The notes under the pieces were generated by a model. It was given only the letters and a program-made list of their open reading frames with translations. It searched no databases and was not told the origin of the DNA. A DNA stretch of 20,000 nt from an uncultured virus (IMG/VR IMGVR_UViG_2645727712_000001) (Duplodnaviria > Heunggongvirae > Uroviricota > Caudoviricetes), in the IMG/VR virus record IMGVR_UViG_2645727712_000001; one strand, written 5' to 3'. Positions 1-7,009 of the stretch are shown here, in pieces. Position 1 is the first letter of the stretch. Every line of letters begins with the position of its first letter. The position numbers were made by a program, and so were the translations under genes.

Positions 1-458
1 GGCCACATCAGCAGCTTGTCTAGGCTGTCGGCGGTCACATCAGCTATGGCCAAGCCGTCCAAGCGCGGCTTCAGGTGCTGCGCAATCGCCGATCGTGCAC
101 CCTGCTTGCGCTTAGCGGACAGCGCCCGGTCTCGGCCCATGCGGTCACCATACCAATCGAGCAGCTGCCCCACTGTAGCCATGCCCGACGCGACTGGTGC
201 GGTGGCCGGGTCGCGAAGCATACGCTGGCGCAGTGTGGGCAGCTCAGCGATTACGGCCACAGCGCCCAAATCAGGCCAGCGTGCTACCGGCACCCACTGC
301 TTGCCGCGGACCAGGTGCCAGGTGCCCCTAGATCGATCTGACCAGAAGCGCAGGTACAGGCCCGGGTAACGCGGATCGCGCAGATCGCGCACGGCCAGGT
401 CGGCGGCCTGTCGGCGCACCTCAGTCTCCGTGAATTTGATGGACCGCGTTGCGCTCAT
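1..458 (-). CDS. Tyrosine recombinase/integrase-like protein, N-terminal part (runs off the window; not in ORF track)
   Basis: Manual translation MSATRSIKFTETEVRRQAADLAVRDLRDPRYPGLYLRFWSDRSRGTWHLVRG...TVGQLLDWYGDRM...LSAKRKQGARSAIAQHLKPRL resembles integrase arm-binding plus core-binding domains; ATGA overlap with the VRR-NUC stop. Confidence 0.72.
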   Translation of the reverse strand, partial: MSATRSIKFTETEVRRQAADLAVRDLRDPRYPGLYLRFWSDRSRGTWHLVRGKQWVPVARWPDLGAVAVIAELPTLRQRMLRDPATAPVASGMATVGQLLDWYGDRMGRDRALSAKRKQGARSAIAQHLKPRLDGLAIADVTADSLDKLLMW

Positions 459-883
459 GCTGCCACCGTCGCAGGCTGCAGGAGGTAGGCACGTATCGCT
501 TCTACGGCATCAATGCGGCCCCGGCACACAATCGCCAAGTAGCCCTGCTCGGTCAGAGCCTCAATATAAGCGTGCTGCCTGGGAGAGATGTCAGCATCGA
601 ACGGTGGCAAAGCTTTGAATTCGATATACAAGCCGAACCAGCCACCGCGGGCCATCGGGAGGACAAGATCGGGCACGCCCGCTTTGACGCCTTGGGCCTT
701 GAGCTTGCCAGCAACCGCCTTCACTCGGTGCCCCCCATTCGGAACGTGATAGATCAGTTTGAACACCTGCGGGTAACGCAGCTCCAGCTCTTGCATCAGC
801 GCTGCCTGTTCCTGTCCTTCCCTGTCGACCGGCTTGGCGCGAGGCTTGCGCGGCTTGAACGTACGCATCGCCAACGCAGTCAT
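455..883 (-). CDS. VRR-NUC domain nuclease
   Basis: HVPNGG..GVKAGVPDL..LYIEFK..Q motifs of the PD-(D/E)XK VRR-NUC family. Confidence 0.88.
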   Translation of the reverse strand: MTALAMRTFKPRKPRAKPVDREGQEQAALMQELELRYPQVFKLIYHVPNGGHRVKAVAGKLKAQGVKAGVPDLVLPMARGGWFGLYIEFKALPPFDADISPRQHAYIEALTEQGYLAIVCRGRIDAVEAIRAYLLQPATVAA

Positions 884-1179
884 GCGACCAATACCCCCTC
901 GCTGATGAGCTGCGCCTGGGTCCGCATCACGCCCTCGGCGTGGTATTGGCGAGCGGTAGTGCGGTCGATCATCGTGCTTCGGCCGTCACATGCGTCGTGG
1001 CAAGCGCTGCAGCACCATGCGCCCTGCATGTCGTGCGGCTTTTTACCGACGCCACAGGTACCCGCCAGGCGGTAGTGCGCCAAGACAGTAGTTTCGGGGT
1101 TACCGTTGCACACGCCTGGGATACGCACTTGGCACTCGCGGTCACGCGCGGCCTTGGTCAGCTTGGTCTGCCTCATCAT
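880..1179 (-). CDS. DUF1364 (YbcO-like) Zn-binding putative nuclease
   Basis: CQVRIPGVCNGNPETTVLAHYR...CCSACHDACDGR signature. Confidence 0.88.
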   Translation of the reverse strand: MMRQTKLTKAARDRECQVRIPGVCNGNPETTVLAHYRLAGTCGVGKKPHDMQGAWCCSACHDACDGRSTMIDRTTARQYHAEGVMRTQAQLISEGVLVA

Positions 1180-1307
1180 TCAACCTCGCAATGCAGCCAT
1201 ATCAGTCTTGCCTGGCGAAGCGCGCCAGGCTGGTCTAAAGGGCCGTCCATCAGCACCATGGAAAATGGCCGATAGCCTGGTACGTGCACGGTCCAGATTC
1301 GTTTCAC
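1176..1307 (-). CDS. 43-aa hypothetical protein (not in ORF track)
   Basis: GTG-start ORF MKRIWTVHVPGYRPFSMVLMDGPLDQPGALRQARLIWLHCEVE with 4-nt stop/start overlaps at both ends. Confidence 0.65.
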   Translation of the reverse strand: MKRIWTVHVPGYRPFSMVLMDGPLDQPGALRQARLIWLHCEVE

Positions 1308-2083
1308 TGCTGCATGCCCGACCCAGCCAACGCCGCGCGAGCCTGGCGCTTGCGAAGATAGGTGCTAACACGGCGCCGCTGCGCCTCTTTTGCACGGACG
1401 CTGTCTTTCTTGGCCTTGGAAGCCGTCAATATCGAGCGGACTTCTGCAAGCTTCTCCCGCATCGCGGCGCTGGGCTGCGCGCGCACCTCTCCGGTCAGCA
1501 GGCCTGCGATAGCCTGCCCATCAGCAGTAACCGGAGCTATGCGAAGGTCGGCGAGGTACTTGTCCCCCATGTCACGGCTGATCAATTGAGCCCGCACGGC
1601 CGTTTCAACGGCAGTCACGCGTCGCCCGGAATCGAAGCCCAGAGAAACCTCCCAGGTGGCAGGCTTGTCTTCAGCGCGAGCGAAGCTGACCATGCGCTCA
1701 TAGGCACTCATGAACGCCATTCGGGCGCCTATTTTGTCGCCTGCCTCAAGGATCGGCTGGGACGCCACCATGGCCTGGCGAATCTCGGTAGTGAGCACTA
1801 CCGTCTCGTATTCGTCACTGGCTGCCAGAGCGATTGACCATGCTTCATCCTTACCGGGCCGGCCATCGGCAGCGTGGATGTGCTTCAGGACCATACCCAG
1901 CGACAGGCGCCCGGCTGGTTCACGACGGCAAGCGCGCAGAGCGGCAACGATCGCCTCAGGTTCGTGCGCTGACAGGTCTTCAGCGATCAGCTTGGCCCCT
2001 GCCGCACTGATGGTCTGGCCCATGGCTTCAGCCGTTGCGCAAATAGCCATGGCCAGCTCGGCGATATCGTCACAGGAAAGCAT
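1304..2083 (-). CDS. Phage replication-associated protein at the lambda P position; function uncertain
   Basis: Start overlaps the initiator 3' end; likely start MLSCDDIAEL at 2083; no Walker A motif seen. Confidence 0.6.
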   Translation of the reverse strand: MLSCDDIAELAMAICATAEAMGQTISAAGAKLIAEDLSAHEPEAIVAALRACRREPAGRLSLGMVLKHIHAADGRPGKDEAWSIALAASDEYETVVLTTEIRQAMVASQPILEAGDKIGARMAFMSAYERMVSFARAEDKPATWEVSLGFDSGRRVTAVETAVRAQLISRDMGDKYLADLRIAPVTADGQAIAGLLTGEVRAQPSAAMREKLAEVRSILTASKAKKDSVRAKEAQRRRVSTYLRKRQARAALAGSGMQQ

Positions 2084-3041
2084 TTCGTTTGCTCCCTTGG
2101 CTGTTCCGGATGGCATCGGCGGCGTCGTGGGCGGCGTTGATGTTTGCCTGGGTCTGCTCCTGCTGGCGGGCAGTGGTCGCGTTCATCTGCCGGTTCGTGA
2201 CCCACTGGGTGTGGTAGGCCTCACACTTGGTGAGCAGGTCGCCGAGGTTGTGGCAGCCATTGATCAGCCTCGAGTCGTTTATCGATACGAAGTAAGCGGC
2301 GACATGGTGAGCGACGTCGATGCCCAGGCGGTCGATCAGCTGGCCCAGCTGGCCACCAACCTTGGCGTTCCACACTGGCCAGGCGCTGTAGCGCTTGCGG
2401 TAGGCCATCGCGTAGTTAGCCCAGGCCTTGAAAGTCTTGCAGGTCTGGTCTTTAGGCCCGGGCATGTCCTCTGGGATTTCACACCGGGGTGCACCAGCCG
2501 GAACCAGCGTCAGCCCCGTGGGTTGCGACGGCGCAGCCGGGGCATCCTGCAAACTGTGACTGGTATCCTGATTGGTATCTTGATTACTGGTATCTTGATT
2601 TGTCGGAGATTTTTCCGACCCTGGCTCGGATTTATTTCCGACCTTGCTCGGATTTTTTTCCGAGGTAGATCGGATTTTTTTCCGACCCTTTGTACCCGTC
2701 TTCAAGGTCGGATATTTTTCCGACCCATCCTCTTTTTTGTTCCACTGCGCCGCCTTATCGGTCAGCCGGAAAAGCGTGACATTCGAAGTGCTCGAAAGCT
2801 CGATCAGACCAACGTCCTGCAGTGCCTTCAGCATGCGATATGCCGTATCGGGTTTATCGGTCAGCAGCGGCAGTTCTTCGATGATCTTGGCCTTGCTCAG
2901 CACGAAGAAAACGCCCTGCTCCGTGGTCATCGCCTTGGCCCAACTCGGGCAGCCGTAAACGAACGCGAACAGCAACGCCTGCTGGGAGTTCAGCCCCCAT
3001 TCCAAAGCCTTGACCTGGTTGATGGTTACAGTGAATTGCAT
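2070..3041 (-). CDS. Phage replication initiator (lambda O analogue, N-terminal winged HTH)
   Basis: HTH-like segment (KPDTAYRMLKALQDVGLIE), intragenic iterons, position after cro/rha. Confidence 0.85.
   Translation of the reverse strand: MQFTVTINQVKALEWGLNSQQALLFAFVYGCPSWAKAMTTEQGVFFVLSKAKIIEELPLLTDKPDTAYRMLKALQDVGLIELSSTSNVTLFRLTDKAAQWNKKEDGSEKYPTLKTGTKGRKKIRSTSEKNPSKVGNKSEPGSEKSPTNQDTSNQDTNQDTSHSLQDAPAAPSQPTGLTLVPAGAPRCEIPEDMPGPKDQTCKTFKAWANYAMAYRKRYSAWPVWNAKVGGQLGQLIDRLGIDVAHHVAAYFVSINDSRLINGCHNLGDLLTKCEAYHTQWVTNRQMNATTARQQEQTQANINAAHDAADAIRNSQGSKRNAFL
2561..2599. repeat. Three TGGTATCYTGAT 12-mers next to the iterons (putative unwinding element)
   Basis: Copies at 2561-2572, 2573-2584 and 2588-2599; they encode NQDT repeats. 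Confidence 0.7.
2603..2723. repeat. Replication origin iterons: five TCGGA-N6-TCCGA 16-mers
   Basis: Copies at 2603, 2626, 2648, 2670 and 2708 with T-rich centres; spacing 23/22/22/38. Confidence 0.85.
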
Positions 3042-3042
3042 G

Positions 3043-3804
3043 TCAGCTCCGCCCCACGCTTGGGCCAGCCACGGGCACTGCGAGAAGCTCTGCCAGGCGT
3101 GCCAACCCCTTTGGCGTTACCAGAACATCAAACGCTGCGCGGTCACTGCCTGTTTCGGGATCAGGCTTCAAGCCGGTTACTTTGTGCTTGAGCAGGCCCG
3201 CACTGATCCGGGGCTGATAGGCAATCCATCGCTTGGAGCTGCGGCGACGATAGATCCAACGGTTTTCTTCCAGCCAGCCAAACAGCTTGAATGGCGCCAC
3301 CTGAAGCTGCTTCGCCGCATCGGTAACACATATGGCACCGCCTGCACCCGCCAAACGCACGATAGCCGCGACCTTCGGTGCCTGCTTGGCGAGCGCATCC
3401 TGGAGGCGCTGGTTCTCCTCGGCCTTGTCGGCAGCCAGGCGCAACGCCTCTGCGAAATTTGTGGGGACCCGCATGTGCGCCAGCACTCGGGCCTCCAGTT
3501 CCTGCCATCGATCAATGATCCTGGCGCGGAGTGACGCGTCGTAGCCCGAAACCAGCACCAGGGCATCCCGCTGATCGAGAAGGAATTCAGGGTAAGCCTG
3601 GCCGTTTTGAGAATGCACGTAGGGGGTCTCCTCAGATTTGAGGACCCCCCTTTTTGCCAAGGATCGAGCGTCACGCAAAACGTTGTCGTGACTCTTGCCG
3701 GTCAACTCAGCCACTTCACGAGTCGACATCAATCGGCGCAGTTGCTCAGTGCATGGAATTGCCGAGGGAGCGTGGGTGTTGCTTGCATCGATCGCTCTAT
3801 GCAT
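3043..3804 (-). CDS. Rha-family regulator fused to an antirepressor KilAC domain
   Basis: MSTREVAELTGKSHDNVLRDAR (Rha) and FAEALRLAAD..APKV..TDAAKQL..VTPKGL (KilAC); AGAGG SD. Confidence 0.85.
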   Translation of the reverse strand: MHRAIDASNTHAPSAIPCTEQLRRLMSTREVAELTGKSHDNVLRDARSLAKRGVLKSEETPYVHSQNGQAYPEFLLDQRDALVLVSGYDASLRARIIDRWQELEARVLAHMRVPTNFAEALRLAADKAEENQRLQDALAKQAPKVAAIVRLAGAGGAICVTDAAKQLQVAPFKLFGWLEENRWIYRRRSSKRWIAYQPRISAGLLKHKVTGLKPDPETGSDRAAFDVLVTPKGLARLAELLAVPVAGPSVGRS

Positions 3805-3829
3805 AATCGACCTCTATGTTGTGTTGAAG

Positions 3830-3855
3830 AAACCGGGCTGCCACCCGGTTTTTTT
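3830..3855. terminator. Intrinsic terminator hairpin AAACCGGG-CTGCCA-CCCGGTTT; long U tract on + strand
   Basis: 8-bp stem with T7 on the + strand and TTTCTT on the - strand. Confidence 0.7.
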
Positions 3856-3873
3856 GTGCCTGCGATCCGGGTA

Positions 3874-3889
3874 CTGGATGGATCAGCAG
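3874..3889. promoter_or_regulatory. Degenerate LexA-box-like site upstream of the antirepressor gene
   Basis: CTG-N10-CAG (ctggatggatcagcag); shares ACTGGATGGAT with the minus strand of the 6311 box. Confidence 0.4.
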
Positions 3890-3939
3890 GTGTTTCGGTC
3901 ATCTATAAGCGCGGCGCCAGATCAGTGATCATTCAATGG

Positions 3940-4164
3940 TCAGGCGGCTTCTGGGTCGCGAGCAGTTGGCGGGAAGACATCGTCAAGACTGCACTCAGCG
4001 CCTAGACCGTTAAGCGCACTGACGATTTTCCGGGCCGCATCAAGGGCGACACACCGGCGGCCGGCCTCGTAATTGGCCAGGCGTGATTGGTTCCAACCAA
4101 GCTCCCGGCAAAGCCGGACTTGGCTAATGCCCGCTGCTACCCGGATTCTGCGAACTTCGTTCAT
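3940..4164 (-). CDS. cro: Cro-like XRE HTH regulator
   Basis: 74 aa from MNEVRRIR; HTH (SQVRLCRELGWNQSRLANYEAGRR); GAGG SD; divergent from cI. Confidence 0.85.
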   Translation of the reverse strand: MNEVRRIRVAAGISQVRLCRELGWNQSRLANYEAGRRCVALDAARKIVSALNGLGAECSLDDVFPPTARDPEAA

Positions 4165-4190
4165 TCGGGGTTCCTCAATGGCTAGCACTC

Positions 4191-4219
4191 AGGATAAACA
4201 CGCATCGTGTTAATATCAA
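4191..4219 (-). promoter_or_regulatory. PR-like sigma70 promoter
   Basis: TTGATA (4219-4214)-N17-TATCCT (4196-4191) with an operator in the spacer. Confidence 0.75.
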
Positions 4220-4256
4220 TCACAATAAGTGAAAGCCAGGTATTTCATTTCGTGAT
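4197..4256. promoter_or_regulatory. OR operators, consensus AWCACG-N3-CGTGWW
   Basis: aacacgcatcgtgtt 4197-4211, atcacaataagtgaa 4219-4233, degenerate atttcatttcgtgat 4242-4256. Confidence 0.75.
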
Positions 4257-4268
4257 GAAATCCCGCGC

Positions 4269-5075
4269 ATGAATGAATCATTGAGCCAACGCATTAAGCG
4301 ACTGAGAAAAGCGGCGGGAATGTCCCAGGCCCAGCTGGCGGATGCTTGCGGCTGGAAATCGCAGTCGCGCGTCGGAAACTATGAAGCCGGAACGCGTGAG
4401 CCCACGCTGGCGGATATCGCCGCTATGGCAGCTGCTCTTGGAGTCGATCAGTCCGAGCTACTCTTGAGCTCTACGGCAACGGTCGAGATTTCGGCGCCAG
4501 CCCGGACTACTGCTGATCTTGTGAGGCAGATGCTCGCAAAAAGTGGCAAAGGTATCCCGGAAGAGGCCCGTCAACGCCTTCTTGCTGCGGCTGAGGAGCC
4601 GAGCGCCAGCAATTTGATCGCCGCTGACTTCGTTCGCCCAGGCTTGGTCGGCGACGAGGTGTGGATCGCCCACTACGACGTGCGCGGAGCAATGGGCGAT
4701 GGTGAGGTGGCGCACGATTACCCTGAGATGCTCCAGGACATCCGCGTCAGTCCTACTCACCTGCGAGAGATGGGGGTCGAGTTCAAAGAGCACTTCCATC
4801 TGAAGCTCATAACAGGCGTCGGCCAGTCCATGGCGCCTACCATCAAGAGCCGCGACCCGCTGGTCGTTGACATCAGCATTCGTGAGTTCGTGGGCGACGG
4901 AATCTACTACTTCTCTCACCAAGGGCATCAGTACATCAAGCGCCTGCAGAAGAAGGGTCGCGATCATTTCAGAATGATCTCGGACAACACGAACCATCCT
5001 CCTGAAGATATTCGGGTTGATGAGACCTACATCCAAGCCCGGGTGCTGTTGGTCTGGAATGCCCATCTGGTGTAG
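4269..5075 (+). CDS. cI: Phage CI repressor (XRE HTH plus S24 peptidase)
   Basis: N-terminal HTH; GQSMAPTI (Ser) and YIKRL (Lys) catalytic motifs; no clear SD, so possibly leaderless. Confidence 0.93.
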   Translation: MNESLSQRIKRLRKAAGMSQAQLADACGWKSQSRVGNYEAGTREPTLADIAAMAAALGVDQSELLLSSTATVEISAPARTTADLVRQMLAKSGKGIPEEARQRLLAAAEEPSASNLIAADFVRPGLVGDEVWIAHYDVRGAMGDGEVAHDYPEMLQDIRVSPTHLREMGVEFKEHFHLKLITGVGQSMAPTIKSRDPLVVDISIREFVGDGIYYFSHQGHQYIKRLQKKGRDHFRMISDNTNHPPEDIRVDETYIQARVLLVWNAHLV

Positions 5076-5081
5076 CCAATT

Positions 5082-5101
5082 CCCGCCTCGGCGGGCTTTT
5101 T
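5082..5101 (+). terminator. Intrinsic terminator after cI
   Basis: cccgc-ctcg-gcggg followed by ctttt. Confidence 0.7.
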
Positions 5102-5217
5102 CATAGTTTCACACTTTTTTAGCGCCATACCCTGCATATTGAAGGCTCATGCAGCTTCCTCTTAGCCCTCATAGCAGTGCGGGCTTTCATTGCCTGCGCG
5201 ATGGCGGATGGCCACTG

Positions 5218-5226
5218 TGATAGAAT
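5218..5226 (+). promoter_or_regulatory. Extended -10 promoter for the moron
   Basis: TGaTAGAAT about 27 nt upstream of the GTG start. Confidence 0.5.
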
Positions 5227-5252
5227 TGGGACTTTCTTTCGGAGGGACCCAA

Positions 5253-5870
5253 GTGAAAATCGCCATTCAAACTCTAGCGCTTTCCCTGGCGCTCGCAACT
5301 GCAAGCCCTACGTTCGCAGATGTATCAGAAAAAGAAGTGATGAGATGCGCAGCCTTAGATAACTCTGTCGAGCGCCTGTCGTGCTTCGACACGCTGGCGG
5401 AAAGCAATGGGCTAACCACCAAAACCGTGCCCACCCCATCCGCAAACAAAGGCAAGTGGTCTACCTCAACCACCACCGACCCGATGACAGACAAATCGAT
5501 ATATATCGCTCGGCTCGATGCGAGCAGCGGCACAGGACGCCTCGGCGAAGGGATTGATCTCATCGTTCGATGCGCACAGAACAAAACCGAGCTTTACATC
5601 AATTGGAAATCCTTCTTGGGAACTGACTCGGCAAGGGTAACGCACCGGATTGGCAAATCTAAAGCTGAGACCCATACCTGGGATGTATCCACTGACCACA
5701 CTTCGTCCTTCTATCCCGGGTCTCCGGTTGCGGCGCTCAAGGAAATGATCAAAACCACTTCGTTCGTAGCCAACGTAACGCCCTACAGCGAGAGCCCTGT
5801 TACGGCCACATTCGACGTTTCAGGTGCTGAAGCCGCATTCGCCGACATCAGAAAAGGCTGCCGCTGGTAG
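5253..5870 (+). CDS. Secreted protein, VasI/TagO-like (T6SS-associated family), moron
   Basis: GGAGG SD plus GTG; signal peptide ending TFA-D; C..ERLSCFD, W..DPMTD, LIVRC and terminal CRW patterns. Confidence 0.72.
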   Translation: MKIAIQTLALSLALATASPTFADVSEKEVMRCAALDNSVERLSCFDTLAESNGLTTKTVPTPSANKGKWSTSTTTDPMTDKSIYIARLDASSGTGRLGEGIDLIVRCAQNKTELYINWKSFLGTDSARVTHRIGKSKAETHTWDVSTDHTSSFYPGSPVAALKEMIKTTSFVANVTPYSESPVTATFDVSGAEAAFADIRKGCRW

Positions 5871-5932
5871 TCAAATCAGAATACAGAACGGGTTCAAGAT
5901 GTCAGTTCCTTCTTGATCTACCACCATTAATC

Positions 5933-5959
5933 AAAGCCCGCACCCCGATGCGGGCTTTT
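5933..5959. terminator. Bidirectional terminator between convergent genes
   Basis: aaagcccgca-ccccga-tgcgggctttt. Confidence 0.8.
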
Positions 5960-5968
5960 CCATGTCTG

Positions 5969-6295
5969 TCAGAAAGGCGCCTCCTCCTCCAGCTTCTCCT
6001 CTTCCCAGTCCTTCGGCACGACCAGGTCGTCGCGATCCTCAGCGCTCTGCGCCTCCCACCGCACTGTAACGCTATCGTCGTCGTTGAACGTCAGATCCAA
6101 TTCCGGCGTTTCGACCAGTAGCCCCATCACTTCTTCCCACTCCATATCTCCATCAGTGTCCAGGCGATGGATCGTCACCCAGCGCTGCGACTGCGCAATC
6201 GGGTGATTGATCATCGATGAGACCCGAAGACCGAGTCGCTCTACCCCGGTCATTTCTTGGCGCGCTTGGGGTGCCGTCTGCTTCTGCTTGGACAT
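5969..6295 (-). CDS. DUF1654-like acidic protein
   Basis: ERLGLRVSSMINHPIAQ..VTIHRLDTD..W pattern; AAGGAG SD. Confidence 0.72.
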   Translation of the reverse strand: MSKQKQTAPQARQEMTGVERLGLRVSSMINHPIAQSQRWVTIHRLDTDGDMEWEEVMGLLVETPELDLTFNDDDSVTVRWEAQSAEDRDDLVVPKDWEEEKLEEEAPF

Positions 6296-6310
6296 AGGTC
6301 ATCTCCTTTA

Positions 6311-6326
6311 CTGTATATCCATCCAG
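6311..6326. promoter_or_regulatory. LexA (SOS) box
   Basis: taCTGTatatccatCCAGt, close to CTGT-N8-ACAG, abutting the SD of the DUF1654-like gene. Confidence 0.8.
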
Positions 6327-6345
6327 TTTTTCGAGTTGAGCATAC

Positions 6346-6450
6346 ATCACGCCTTGTGAAACGTGAACCCGCCTTGTAGGGAAAAACTCCAGCACGCCTG
6401 AGATTAAACAAATCACGAAACGTGTTGACATTGAAAACACGTTGCGTGAT
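6346..6450. promoter_or_regulatory. OL operators
   Basis: atcacgccttgtgaa 6346-6360, atcacgaaacgtgtt 6412-6426, aacacgttgcgtgat 6436-6450; same consensus as OR. Confidence 0.78.
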
Positions 6451-6453
6451 ATT
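6425..6453 (+). promoter_or_regulatory. PL-like sigma70 promoter
   Basis: TTGACA-N17-GATATT, overlapped by two operators (lambda PL is TTGACA/GATACT). Confidence 0.82.
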
Positions 6454-6504
6454 TGGATAACAAGCGGTCACTCATCAGGTACCGCTGAGGCCCTCACGCC
6501 TCAT

Positions 6505-6514
6505 CGCTCTTTAC
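6505..6514 (+). promoter_or_regulatory. boxA-like antitermination element
   Basis: CGCTCTTTAC about 45 nt after the predicted start; resembles lambda/rrn boxA. Confidence 0.65.
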
Positions 6515-6944
6515 ACAACCAGACGTGACCACCTCGACGCACCCAGGCCATCACCTGGGTCGGGACAAGCTAAGCCGTCGACCAAGCAGCCTCTGGATAG
6601 CTGCCGGACTCCCCCATGGGAGGACGCCAAACCATGCGAGCCACCTGATGCGTAGCCAGTAGCTGCAGCAGGCAGTGGTGGGGATACCCGGCGACGAGCA
6701 TGGAGCGGATCAAAAACCATAGGAGGAATCTGCCGATGAAGTAGCAAATCCAGCCGGAAAACGGACCGGCCACCCACGACGAGCTGCCCTACCCAGTAGG
6801 CCGCCGAGCTGCAGCTGGCAGTCGTGTAGCGAATACCTAACCCCATGACCACCCCGCTAAGGCCGATCAAAGCGAGGTGACCAGGGAAGCTCTAGGCCAG
6901 ACAGAAGATCGGGTGAAGCCATCGGTGGTGGACCTCGAGCACGG

Positions 6945-6987
6945 TTTCACTGGCTGGCCTTCTCACGAGGGCCAGACGGGAAATCAA
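6945..6987 (+). repeat. 43-nt hairpin repeat, copy 1
   Basis: tttcactggctggcctt-ctcacg-agggccagacgggaaatcaa. Confidence 0.85.
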
Positions 6988-7009
6988 CCACACATGGATG
7001 GATCACCTA

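Larger units (their letters stand above)
6460..7005 (+). ncRNA. Long structured PL leader, candidate ncRNA
   Basis: No credible long ORF; many stems (6541-6560, 6586-6604, 6609-6622, 6753-6770, 6775-6826); GGA-rich. Confidence 0.5.

Noticed and set aside
1180..1395. 71-aa track ORF
   Set aside because: Overlaps the upstream gene heavily; the 43-aa doubly coupled frame fits better
2603..2723. Iteron array as a CRISPR array
   Set aside because: 16-bp units with mostly 6-7 nt gaps inside a replication gene, and no cas genes
1710..3191. 493-aa + strand ORF and similar long shadow ORFs (449-1075, 1106-1837, 8642-9631, 16652-17497)
   Set aside because: Antisense to well-supported genes with no motifs; expected in GC-rich coding DNA
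6471..6478. CTGATGAG hammerhead core on the minus strand
   Set aside because: No properly placed GAAA segment or stems II/III found
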